64,000 nt of DNA from Octopus vulgaris (taxonomy: Eukaryota): contig OX597814.1 of the NCBI GenBank assembly GCA_951406725.2, positions 167,648,001 to 167,712,000 of the forward strand, in the 5' to 3' direction. A model generated the notes under the pieces. That model made no database searches. It was not told the DNA's origin and worked only from the letters and a program-made list of their open reading frames with translations. This document shows positions 1 to 11,561 of the stretch, one piece after another (position 1 is the stretch's first letter; each line of letters begins with the position of its first letter). A program made the translations under genes and the position numbers.

Positions 1-418
1 TCTCTCTTTACTCTTTTACTTGTTTCAGTCATTTGACTGCGGCCATGCTGGAGCACCGCCTTTTTTTTAAATCGAGCAATTCGACCCCGGGACTTATTCT
101 TTGTAAGCCCAGTACTTATTCTATCGGTCTCTTTTGCCGAACCACTAAGTGACAGCGACGTAAACACACCAGCATCGGTTGTCAAGCAATGCTAGGGGGA
201 CAAACACAGACACACAAACATACACCCACACACACATATATATATACATATATACGACAGGCTTCTTCTAGCTTCCATCTACAAAATCCACTCACAAGGC
301 TTTGGTCGGCCTGAGTCTATAGCAGAAGACACTCACCCAAGGTGCCACGCAGTGGGACTGAACCTGGAATCATGTGGTTGGTAACAAGCTACTTACTACA
401 CAGCCACTCCTGCGCCTA
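1..418 (-). mobile_element. tRNA-derived SINE, family A (near full length)
   Basis: The reverse complement starts TAGGCGCAGGAGTGGCTGTG...GGTTCAGTCCCAC (Pol III A/B-box-like), has an internal (TA)n(TG)n tract and ends in an AAAAGAGT-type tail. It is highly similar to the copies at 646, 15520 and 40061. Confidence 0.9.
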
Positions 419-645
419 TGCATGCATGTACTAGATATACACATCCACATATGCAGCAGATACACCTGACACAAATCACATACATTCACACACATTAGGC
501 GCACCCAGCGCTGGATTAACCATTAAGTAAAATATGCATATGTTTAAGGCATCAGGGGAAATAGGACACCTCAGAAATGGTAAATGGTTTGCAGCACAAA
601 AGAAATCCCTTTAAACTTGTTAAAATAATAATCAGAATGGTTTAT

Positions 646-1042
646 AGGTGCAGGAGTGGCTGTGGTAAGTAGCTTGCTAACCAACCACATGGTTCCGGGT
701 TCAGTCCCACTGCGTGGCAGCTTGGGCAAGTGTCTTCTGCTATATCCCCGGGCCGACCAATGCCCCTTGAGTGGATTTGGTAGACGGAAACTGAAAGAAG
801 CCTGTCATATATATGTATATATAAATATATATATGTGTGTGTGTGTTTGTCCCCCTAGCATTGCTTGACAACCGATGCTGGTGTGTTTACGTCCTCGTCA
901 CTTAGTGGTTCGGCAAACAGACCAATAGAATAAGTACTGGGCTTACAAAGAATAAGTCCCGGGGTCGATTTGCTCGACTAAAGGCGGTGCTCCAGCATGG
1001 CCGCAGTCAAATGACTGAAACAACTAAAAGAGTAAAGAGAGT
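646..1042 (+). mobile_element. tRNA-derived SINE, family A
   Basis: A-box-like TGGCTGTGG at ~657, B-box-like GGTTCAGTCCC at 698-708, central GCCGACCAA...GTGGATTTGGTAGACGGAAACTGAAAGAAGCC block and AAAAGAGTAAAGAG tail. Confidence 0.9.
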
Positions 1043-1246
1043 ATATGATTAGAAATGTAATTTTGAAGTGTTCATGGTCTCATAGCAAGGATCTAATCAA
1101 AGTCTTTTGCAATTAAAAAAAATGGAGAAAATTTTTTTAAATATCAAGTGGATGAATACAAAGTAAACATTATTTTCCATCTTATGGTTAGTTTTGCTTC
1201 ACTTTGAAAAATAAATATTTACTTTATGGTTTATATTTTGAATTAC

Positions 1247-1248
<2 letters not shown>

Positions 1249-1286
<38 letters not shown>
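1249..1286. repeat. (TA)n microsatellite
   Basis: Pure TA run visible in the sequence. Confidence 0.95.
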
Positions 1287-1288
<2 letters not shown>

Positions 1289-1397
1289 GGGCACCAAAAT
1301 CTTTTAAGTGTTTAGGGCCTCTATGGTCTTATGCCAGCACTATATGTGAGCATGTACATGTGTGTCTGTGTATTCGTGATATCAGATCACTGGTGTA

Positions 1398-1525
1398 TTA
1401 ATATCTGAAAGGATGAAAGGAAAAGTTGTCCATGATGGCATTTGAACTCAGAATGTAAAGTTGGAAGAAATGTTGCTTAGCATTTTGTCCAGCATTGTAA
1501 TGATTCTGCCAGCTCACCACCTTAC
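1398..1525 (-). mobile_element. SINE family B fragment (5' part)
   Basis: GAAAGGATGAAAGG...TTTGAACTCAGAA...CTGCCAGCTCACCACCTTA matches the copies at 58145 and 62363. Confidence 0.7.
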
Positions 1526-4500
1526 TACTATTACTAGTATTAAATATCAAATGATCACACCCATACACACATATAACGATAATGAATATATCTATGTGTA
1601 TATTATATATGAAGTTATTACATGTTAAGTGTAGATTTCTGTACTTGATTTGGAAGACGGATGTAATAGAGGATCCCACTCAAAGAAAATGAAACGTACT
1701 TATGTAGAGTATTTCATTGCGTTTTTAACATTTAGAGACCCAATTTACATGAAGACAGTTTTTTGTTCACAAGCAAATTTGAATTCAAGTTAAAATTTAT
1801 AAATCTGAATTTTCAGAAAGTGCTTTATTGTTTAGTAGAATAGTAAACAATCATTTCAGCTAACTCAGAATCTTTTATGAAAGTAAATGATATTCCTTTC
1901 AAATTAATTGGGATCTAAAAATATTTCTTTCATCAAGGAAGCCATATAGTTTTATAATGAATGCAAAAAGCAAATATTTAAGTGCTGATTTCACTTTAAC
2001 AGATTTGCCAGAAATTTTGTGTATCTACTGAAGCATTATAGACAGCACATCAATCAATCAAATAATTGACATCACCAAGAGCAGAGTTTCATGTTTATTT
2101 TCCATATACGAAGAACTGTATATGTTGAATCTATTATTAACATCTATTAGATTAATTGATTGAGTTAGGCATAATGTTTTCTTAGGGAGGCTCTGAGCAT
2201 CTAGCTAAAAGAAAGAAAAAAAAGTTCAGATTCTACTATTGTTATTGTGTTACACTTGAAAAAACATTTTTCTACTGCCAGTATTCTTACTGCCTGATTA
2301 TTTACTGGTTGCTCTCTGAGAAAGATAAGATAAGGCTGCAGTGGTTTGAGTTTATTGATTAAAACAATCATGCATAACATATTGTGCTTTTAGATAAGAC
2401 ATTTTTCTCTAAATATATTAGTCTTCTGGCAGTTAGGGTCCAACAGTCATCAGTTCAAACCATATAACTGATGTTGGGCTGTTTGGAGTGGAAGATATTT
2501 TTTAGTTAATATTTACATCTCTAATCTCTCCTATTGGAGCGGAAATGTTTAAAATGATGTTACATTCATTTTTCATTTATGGTGATTAATTTTAAGTGTG
2601 ACTGCAGAACATGCACATCTTTTAAGTGAGACTTTCATTTATTAGCATCATATTTTGTTGTAAATCTATACATTTTGTGAATTATTTAATTTGATTTGGC
2701 CAAAATAAAAGGGAAAGAAGTGTTACATATTTTCTTGTTTAAATATCAATTGATTTTACTTCCATTGACGATTGCTACTTCTGCTGCTGCCACTACTACT
2801 GGTTATTTCACACTGTTCTTCCTCCTGGCTAAGCTATCATCAATTAAACTTTCTGTTTAAGTACTTGCCCTTATCTATTAGAACAAAAAGTATTATGTTA
2901 TTGATTAAGCTAAGTTTCCAGACACAGCTGTATCAGCTTATTGTTACTATGTTGTAAATTCCATTATTTTCTCAAAATATTTCCTCATAATTATCTAAAA
3001 TACTTGAAATTCAAATAAGCTGAAGTTTAGAAAGTTATGCCGAGGGTATGATTATTTTAAAACAAGCAAATTAGAGCATCTGTCTTTTAAAAATACATGT
3101 TCACCAATATTATTTTCAGAGTCAATCATATTAGCTTAGTTTTCCAACAATATAATTTGTATTAAGCTATATTAAGCTGATTTAGATCACAAATTATCCA
3201 CCTTTTGTTTAAACCAAAGCTTAGAAAAGCTGATATTAAAGCTTCTTATAAATTTGTTAATTTTTATTTGTAGCTATATAAAGGCAGTTAGAATACTGTA
3301 TAATATTTGAGACAATTCAGTACATGGAGGTGAATTCAAATCAGTGTTAGTGTGAATTATATAATAAAGTGTATACTTGAAATTTGACTACAATCATGCC
3401 TTGTTTTAACCTACACCTTGGTAATAAAGTTTTCAACTTTACTAGATTTTAGTTTGATAGTGAGTGATTTTTACAGAATGCACAACATATCAAATGGCAA
3501 GAGGAAAAGCAGATAAAATTTATTCGTTATCCTTTTTTTTATGTAATAACTGTGAGAAGTTATGTATGGGTATAGCAATTTTTAAAACATTGAAAAAGAA
3601 TTGATGAAAGAAATCTGAAAGAAGTCAAAACATATGTGACTATACAGAAACACAATCAAAGAAAAATTAAAGAACAAGCCAGGAAAGAACCATGTCTGTG
3701 TTCTATGGATGTTACCAACCTGTGTTTATCAGTATGTTATGAAATCTCAATTCTGCCATTTTATGATATTTAATGCATTTTGTATCACACATTATTGATT
3801 TGTATTTGTCCATTTCAATAATATGCAGTAAAGGTATTTTCAGTTTGTTTTTTTAAGTTATGAAATGGATCCCAGATTTTCATATTTTATTTTATCTCAT
3901 TTCCTCACTATAACATATAAAGTAAAATATATTACACTAAAATAACCTATATATTTTAATCATTAAAAGGTGAGTTATGTTTTTTAGACAATATTTTCAC
4001 TAAAGATGTCTTAAGAGCATATTTAACTCTGCATGTAAGGATATACTCTCTGATAGATTGAAATTCGAATAGTTTATCAGCTTAGGATTCTTAACCACTA
4101 TAGGGACATGCATAAATATGTGTGTTATAAAGTTTTAGTTTGAAATTGAACTAGACTAGAATAACATACACACAGAGTAATAAGATTTGATATTTAGTTG
4201 GCTAAAATTATTGACACTGCTTGCTCACTTTGTCCTTATATTCCTACAGGAAAAGTAATGTTTTTTGATATATTTATTAAAGAAATGGTTTGGAAGTAAT
4301 AAAGATTGTTTATTTTTCTGAAATATAGTACAAGTAAATCTAGACTCATTACATATGAGTCTGTTTTAATAGTAAACTCTGATCTGAGGCAGTTGATAAA
4401 TATTAACCTCTTTAAAAACATTCTTCATTATTCATTAATTTCTGTGCAGTCACTGTATCTAAAGTTATCACCGACAGCAAAGGTATGCTTTTGCTATCAG

Positions 4501-4932
4501 TAATAACTTCAGATATGTTTTTCTTAACTGTATAGAAAATGATAAAATAATGTTAAAATATAGGAAACTTTGTTTACTTTTATATATAGTAGACTTAGTA
4601 TTGAACAGTCTTAAAATGAAACCTGAGTTTAAATTTCAAGAGTATACAAGCTGAAAAGTTATCTGGCCTCTTTGATCTGCACTTCTGTATTTCTGAACAC
4701 CCTCCTCTCTCTTTCTTCTCTCTCTCTCACACACATACACACACACTAAAAGGCAAGGGAGACAGTGACTGAAACAAAGAATTCTGTATATACATATATC
4801 CAAAATTACTTGCGCTGTTATCAATATCTGTACCATTTCATTAAAATGTCATCTGTGATGAAAGTAAATCTAACAGACTTTTAACATGTGACTTTGGGTT
4901 ATAAAATAATGATTATTAGATTTATTCTTATA

Positions 4933-5640
4933 CTAGCAGCATAGCCCGGCGTTGCCCGGGTATGTAAGAGCCCCTAGTAGGCAACGACTAATCCCAATCT
5001 AGTCCTTTCCCTCTAGGGAACGAAGGCGCATGTGTAGGTTGCAATGTCTTCTCTTCACTCCCAAATAACTATCAAACGGCTATCGATAATTCAACCCAAC
5101 CAATTCCTACCAGGAAGAAATTACATTCGAGACTTTACCCCCAACACCGCCACTTCTGCTAATAGCTGCTGCAGCCGCAAGTTATTCGAATACTATTTTT
5201 GTTTACACTTTCTTTATAACTACCACCCCAAACGTTTCACCTTAAATTTTTGACGTACCCTAAGGGTCCTTGGACGCTACTTGCAAACTGTTGGTTTATT
5301 ATAAACCGCTTTTGTCGTGTGCATCAAAAAACCTTTTCCATTCGTTTGTTCAGTTTGGTCACTTTTGACTTTTTCGTTGTTGTCACTCACATTGCTGCCC
5401 GCTTTTTTGCCGTTTTTGTACATTTTTATACATTTTTGGATACTTACCCCACGTGTTCCGAGAGTTAAAAAGGTCGAGTTGCGTCCCCTAGACAGTCTGT
5501 AGAAAATGTGTTGCATATAAAAAGCTTAGATTCTCGACCCGTGTCAAGTTTCATCAGAATCGGTTGAAAGCCGTGGTCAGGGTGAGGGTACAACCTGACA
5601 GACACACAGACAGACAAACTGCCATTTATATAGGGAGAGA
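4933..5640 (-). mobile_element. Complete non-autonomous Helitron (708 bp)
   Basis: On the minus strand it begins A|TC (5640) and ends CTAG|T (4933). A CCCGG-N6-CCGGG hairpin (4945-4960) lies just inside the 3' end, a (CTGT)n tract lies near the 5' end, and there is no TSD. These are canonical Helitron termini. Confidence 0.88.
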
Positions 5641-5908
5641 TTATGCCTTTCTCTTCACTCTGTTAGAGGTAGATATGTTTTTAATTCTTCACTATTGTAA
5701 ATTTGTAAATTTATATAAATATAAAAATATAAAAAGAAAAAATATAAAAGAAAAAAAAGTTAATTGTTGAGGAATGTCCAATTTAAGGACTTTATCAATA
5801 ACAGAAAATGGGGAGGTTATGAATATCAGAATTTATGTTTGTGAAATGATTACATATTATGAATGGATACTATAAATATTCATTCTAATACATATGTACA
5901 CATACTTA

Positions 5909-6330
5909 ATCATCATCATTAAAGTCTGTGTTCCATGCTGGCATAAAGTGGACAGGTTGACAGAATCTACTGATCCAGACTATGTTGGGTCCAGTGTCTA
6001 ATTTGATGGAAGCTCTATCTCAGTGGTTCCCAAACTATGAGTCGCGACTCACAGATGGGTCGCGAACGGAATCTTAGTGGGTCACAAAAAGTTATAAAAT
6101 TAACGCATTAGCTTTGATTAACTGCTGTCTATCGAGATAGTTCAAGACTTATAAGTGGATCATCATAAACTGGTGTGATAAATTGTGGGTCGCAACCCTA
6201 AAAAGTTTGGGAACCACTGCTCTATCTAATTAGGTGGCTGGAGGCTCTGTCTAATGTCAACCACTTCACAGAGTGTACTAAGTGCTTTTTCATGGTACCA
6301 ACACTAATAAGGTTACCAAGGAACTCACAA
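5909..6330 (-). mobile_element. Old family C repeat with (GAT)n tail, split by a hAT MITE
   Basis: CATCATCAT...TTCCATGCTGGCAT...GCTGGA..C.CT.TCTAATGTCAACCAC is a diverged match to 37524-37870. Confidence 0.55.
6021..6219. mobile_element. hAT (Charlie-like) MITE, 199 bp
   Basis: Perfect 16-bp TIRs CAGTGGTTCCCAAACT / AGTTTGGGAACCACTG and a perfect 8-bp TSD CTCTATCT (6013-6020 and 6220-6227). Confidence 0.93.
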
Positions 6331-7963
6331 GACAAGAACCCACAACTGAGTGAAGGTGCAGTTTTGAGGGAGGTAGCTCTGTACCAGCTGTCAGGAGAAT
6401 AAAATATGAAAGAGGAACAGATGTCTTATGTTGAGGAGATATGGCTTACCCAGCAGGAAAGGAAGAAAGGATGATGGCAATAAGGGATATGGTCTCAGTA
6501 GGTGTGATTAGTTTATGGCATATACTATTCATTTTACTGTTGCTATTAAAATTTACTTAACAGTTATACCTGACATTTTATGTATGTAGAGCTAGCAGGG
6601 AAGTGTTTATCGATTCAATTTAGAAAGGTTTTTATTGTATAGAACTTCATGTTTAGCTGGTAAGAGGATGTAAGCTAAGTTATATTTCAGTACCTTTTCT
6701 TTATCTGATAGGTGAATCTGGGTTGGAGTATAATTGACCTTGTCTCATTTTTAAGGCATCATTATAATAAGGGCTGACTTGTCAAAGATTTCTTCAGAAA
6801 TACATAATACTTTCATTTATAATATTAATAGAATTTTTGAATCCTATAATTGGGTAGCATCAACCTGTATCAATATAAGTGAGCTTTTCAATTGGTTTTC
6901 TGAAATTTATCTATGACTATATTTGTTGCTGTTATATTTAAGGCCAAAGTACAGAATGAGGCCGAAGTATTAAATGTTGAATGAGATTTCCCTTAGTGTA
7001 TTTAGTGTATGCCTGTTTGAATTTTTATAGACAACTAATTCATCATTTCTTTGAAGGCCAATGTCTACAAAAATAAATCTTTTATTCAATGTATATCTCA
7101 CAAAGATGACTTCCAAGAGAGCATTATTTGAGTTGAGAAAGCCCTTCATATCAGTGTGTCGTTGGATAACATACCAACAAACTTCCTCATATCAGCACCC
7201 CAATTTCCCCATGGTTCTCCACATAAGTCAACAAAACTTGATATGCAAGTACCTATCCTTTTCACGTTTTGCAACTGTCAAATGTTAAAGATCATGGGCA
7301 TGTTGCTTTTAACAAATTCAAATCTACATTGAAAGTATGGGACAATGATAAAAGATTTTTGTAGCATATTATTCAATAGAACTTGTTGCAAATATTTTGC
7401 AAACAATTACAAATTTGACAATTAACATAGTTTTTGACATAATACCTTTTCCTTTGTCAAAATGCAGAATAGATTTTTCCACTAACATCTCCCACACTAT
7501 CGCTAGTTCCCTCAAAAAAATAATAGCCCATGAGAAGAAAAAAATTAACTTAGATACTTTTTATCTTGTATATTTGTGTGAAATCATGTATGTATTTGTA
7601 AATGTGTTTTTGTATTTGTATAATTGTGTGCGTATGAATGTATTTTTGTACATGTATGATTGTACATAACTATAACTTATTTGCTGGTATTTATTTCTAT
7701 GATCTTGCTCAGGTATTTATGTCTTTATAAATGTGTATTTGCACATTATTTTCTAATTATTATCAATTTAATCTCATTAATTACTAAATAATAAAACCAA
7801 CTTAGTTTAGGTGACAATTATATAACCTCTCTGGTTAATTATTCCTTAATCTGTTTATACTGATAAACCTAACCAGATTATTAATGCAGTACACTTAAAC
7901 ATGATATGTATACATGTTTGTGTTCAAACCAACCTGTGCTAGCACGGAAAACGGATGTTAAAC

Positions 7964-8000
<37 letters not shown>

Positions 8001-9082
8001 GCTCCAATAGAAATAAAATGTATTGCTTATCCATGTCTCTTAAAAACATCCCAACCTTGAGTAGGAGAACATAGGTAACTAGTTAACTAATTTCGTTTTT
8101 GTATTTGGTTTGCAAGATTCTTTATGTAAATTTGCATGTTGAAGCATATTTTGTGCCTGGAGAGAGCCATTCTCTTTTAGTACCTTATTACTTGACATAC
8201 TCACCGGTTCGATTTCCACACACTTATTTATTTTTTCTAAAATTTTCATTGTGTCTTACAATAGAGGTTACAAGACAACGAAAATTTTTGGGAAAAAAGA
8301 AGTAAATGAGTGGAAACCGAACCAGTGGGTGCGTTAAGTAATAAGGCTCTAAAAGAGAATGACTATCTCCAGCCACAATAAAATTAGTTAATTGATTGCC
8401 TGCTTAAAAATTTGATCAATTTATTAGTCATTTGGAGTATTGGTGACCTTTCATTGACATTTGTGGTGACAGCACATAAGTTTTTAGCTTTACAGTTCTG
8501 TTATTTTCATATTTTTATACAGCTGGTCTTTCAAAATAAAAATTAATTTGAAATGTACAAATTTTTCAGTTAAATTCGCCAATGTGTCTATCAATCTCTT
8601 GTGCTGATCTTTTATATTATCATATATATAAAAGAAAAAGGATATTCTCTAGAATCTCTATGCTACTGTGTAAATGTGCTCACAAGGAAATATATATACT
8701 GTTGGTACTGAAGCTGTTACTGTTGTAGCTATTGGGTACAAAAAGCACTTACACATATTTCTCATCATGCTGCAGTTCATTTTGCAACAACTATTTGATG
8801 ACTAAATTTGTCAATATTAATTTTATTTCAGCTTATGATTATAAAAGTGTTAGTTTGTCAGTCACTTGTTGGCTATGGTTGTAGGGAAAAAAATTTAACT
8901 GAAATTGACCTACTTTTTAAAAAATTTAATTGAAATTAAACTATTTCTTATATTTGTTTTGCAAAAATTATTTGCCACCTATTGTATTTTATCTGTTTTG
9001 TATTTAATGTTTGCATTATTTTTTTTTTTTTTGAGACTATCATAAATTTAGCACTTTGTTATACTTTATCTCTTCTAATAAA

Positions 9083-9107
9083 TTTTTTTCTTTTCTTTCT
9101 ATTGCAG
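9083..9107 (+). promoter_or_regulatory. Candidate 3' splice acceptor for the GT92 5'UTR/coding exon
   Basis: Long polypyrimidine tract TTTTTTTCTTTTCTTTCTATTGCAG, preceded by a branch-like CTAAT. An alternative acceptor TTTTGTGTCTCAG ends at 9854, 8 nt before the ATG. Confidence 0.45.
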
Positions 9108-9862
9108 CTAATCAAATGCTTTACTGTAAAGCTGGCAGACACTCAGAAGACAAAAAATATTGTGAAAATAAGAGACTGTGTCATTAAATAAAGCATTCAG
9201 CCTCTGATGAAATTTGTGCTGTCATCTTATGAAATTACCTGTGATACATTGTTTGAATGATCTGAATTTGATAATCATCATGCTGCACCTTTAATGGGAT
9301 ACTGTACAACTTCAAACTTCCCTTTAAAATTACAACATGGAACTAATTGCCCTAAGATTTTATCCCGCAGTTCCATGCATTTTCCACTGTTTAAAAAGAG
9401 AATTCTCCTCCCTTGGATCTTAAACAAATCAACTAGTCAGATTTTAAAATAGCTTCTTGTTAATTCTTAACAATGAATATTTAAAGAACTTGTAAATATT
9501 ACCTAACAACTATTGTTAAACTTTTATTTTCTGTTTAAGGAAATGATCCCTAAAATATTAGCCAACTTGAATATTGTTTGATAATCAACAAATTTTATTA
9601 TTGATCTCATATTGTTTTCTGCAAATATTTTTTATTTTCTCTATAATTAATCTTGTAATGTTTTCTTGTGTTATCTCAGACTTCCCACATGTTTTCATGC
9701 TAAATGTCACCTCAGGCATGAATATGTTTCTCAGTATTAACTAAATTGATTTATGAGATTTAGTAGCTTTCCTTCACCTGTTCAGGGGATCCAACTTTTC
9801 TTTGATACTATTTAATTTATTTCATTAGCTCTAGTTTCAGATTTTGTGTCTCAGCTGGTACC

Positions 9863-11350
9863 ATGCCTTTCAATTTGTTACAAAGGTTACGGTCTGTCAA
9901 TCGTAAACTGATAATTATTTCTGGTCTGATTTATTTATCACTTGTTTTCTTATTCCATGGTAGACTAGAATTTGAACAGCAACTTGATAACCGTTTTAAA
10001 ACAGTTTTTTTCAAAAGAAACCCTGTTCATTTATACTTGAAAAAAAACACCTCTGCAACAAGTATTTCCCATTCATTACATTCCTCATTGAAAAATAAAA
10101 TGGAATTGCATGTTAGAAACATCTCCACAAAACCACATGTCCATATTCAAGCAAACACTCCTAATTTCACTTTACCTTACAAAAATATAAACATCACTCA
10201 TGCACCCAATTATAAAAACTGTTATCAATCTTCTTCCAATGTTGGCAACAACACATTCCACCGGATATCAGATGGCATATTTATTTATTCTGCATATTTG
10301 GATGATCGTCACTCAGTTCCATTTGTTCGTGTCATGACCATAATAGCTCAACGTAAATATAAACTGCGATATTTCTGTCATTTTCCTGGCAATTTTTGGA
10401 CCGATGGTCTTGTATATCAGATGTGTGAAAACCACAATAAACATTTTGGTGGTTATATAATATCTTGCCCTCTACCATCTTCAAAACCTGACCAACAAAA
10501 ATTATTCTGTTCTGTGAGTATATCTTTAAAAAAAAATGGTGACACAAATCACAGTTCATTCATTCCAATTACAAAGATTCGTACAAATAGTCAACCTTTT
10601 AGCTATGGAATATGCATTCCACCTTTGTTTGGTAATATATCCCAAGAACACTTAGTTGAGTATATTGAGTTATCCAAGTTACTAGGTGTGCAACACCTGT
10701 ACTTTTACAGTTTTCGTTTATCTGATGCTGCAACTCATGTTTTGGAATATTATGAAAAGCAAAACACAGTAACTATAATTCCTTGGAAGCTGCCTGTTGA
10801 GATTCATGATAATACTATTTGGTACAATGGTCAACTGATTGCGCATAATGATTGTTTATATCGATCAATGAGTCAAGTCAAAATGGTAGCATTCAATGAC
10901 CTTGATGAATTCATCATTCCACACAATGGTTCAACATGGACAGATTTTGTTAATAGACTAAGTGGTGAAAATGTTTGTGGATTTTCATTTTGGAGTGCAT
11001 TTTTTGATCCCTCCACAGGAAGACCACATCCTTCTGGATTGTTTACCATGAGCCAAACTGGGCGCTCAGCTAAGTTCAGCCAAGTGCGAACAAAAGTACT
11101 TGTTGAACCATTGAAAATATTTGAAGTTGGCATACATCATGTAAGTAAACCAAATGAAGAACATTACAAGATGTTGAGAGTGGACACAAACGTTGCATTC
11201 CTACATCATTACAGAAAATGTGTTTCAAATTATGGCATGAAATGTGATAAATTTATACCTGATAGGGCCATATACCGATATTTTGATGATTTGAAGACTG
11301 CTTTTGATTCACAGTTAAAAATAATACGCCAAATAAATTCCACTGCTTAA
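9863..11350 (+). CDS. Glycosyltransferase family 92 (DUF23) protein, beta-1,4-galactosyltransferase GALT-1-like, type II Golgi membrane protein with uninterrupted CDS
   Basis: Intact 495-aa ORF in ACCATG context. It has a short basic tail plus TM segment (LIIISGLIYLSLVFLF) and a stem with many N-glycosylation sequons. GT92-type motifs follow: YSAYLDDR, CIPPLFG, LVEYIELSKLLGVQHLYFY, WYNGQLIAHNDCLYR, FNDLDEFIIP (DxD), RTKVLVEP..IFEVGIHHV and LHHYR. Confidence 0.92.
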   Translation: MPFNLLQRLRSVNRKLIIISGLIYLSLVFLFHGRLEFEQQLDNRFKTVFFKRNPVHLYLKKNTSATSISHSLHSSLKNKMELHVRNISTKPHVHIQANTPNFTLPYKNINITHAPNYKNCYQSSSNVGNNTFHRISDGIFIYSAYLDDRHSVPFVRVMTIIAQRKYKLRYFCHFPGNFWTDGLVYQMCENHNKHFGGYIISCPLPSSKPDQQKLFCSVSISLKKNGDTNHSSFIPITKIRTNSQPFSYGICIPPLFGNISQEHLVEYIELSKLLGVQHLYFYSFRLSDAATHVLEYYEKQNTVTIIPWKLPVEIHDNTIWYNGQLIAHNDCLYRSMSQVKMVAFNDLDEFIIPHNGSTWTDFVNRLSGENVCGFSFWSAFFDPSTGRPHPSGLFTMSQTGRSAKFSQVRTKVLVEPLKIFEVGIHHVSKPNEEHYKMLRVDTNVAFLHHYRKCVSNYGMKCDKFIPDRAIYRYFDDLKTAFDSQLKIIRQINSTA

Positions 11351-11561
11351 ATTTTTTATAGCTTTTTTCTTTTTATTGCAAATTATTTTACACAGGAATT
11401 TTTAACTTGGCTGTCTTTATGAAAACAGCTTTGTATCTGCTGTTTTTGTTATTTCTTTCTTTCTTTTCTTTTCAAATCTAGAAACATCCAGTTCTTTGTA
11501 AAATAGTTTTGTTTTTCCCAATATAAAAGTTATACAGCTTTTACATATATAATTTGACATA

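Larger units (their letters stand above)
506..1342. mobile_element. Possible decayed non-autonomous hAT-like element, interrupted by a family A SINE
   Basis: Imperfect terminal inverted repeats CAGCGCTGGATTAACCAT (506) and ATGGTCTTATGCCAGCACTA (~1323-1342). No clear 8-bp TSD. Confidence 0.35.

Noticed and set aside
646-720. tRNA-like sequence
   Set aside because: It is the SINE head. It has A/B-box-like motifs but no complete cloverleaf, and it is always followed by the SINE body.
7100-7560. Possible coding or Penelope RT remnant (YQQT...MGSP-like)
   Set aside because: It requires frameshifts, and no further RT motifs could be found.
10332-11133. Two antisense ORFs inside the GT92 CDS
   Set aside because: Short shadow ORFs of the real coding strand with no recognisable motifs.
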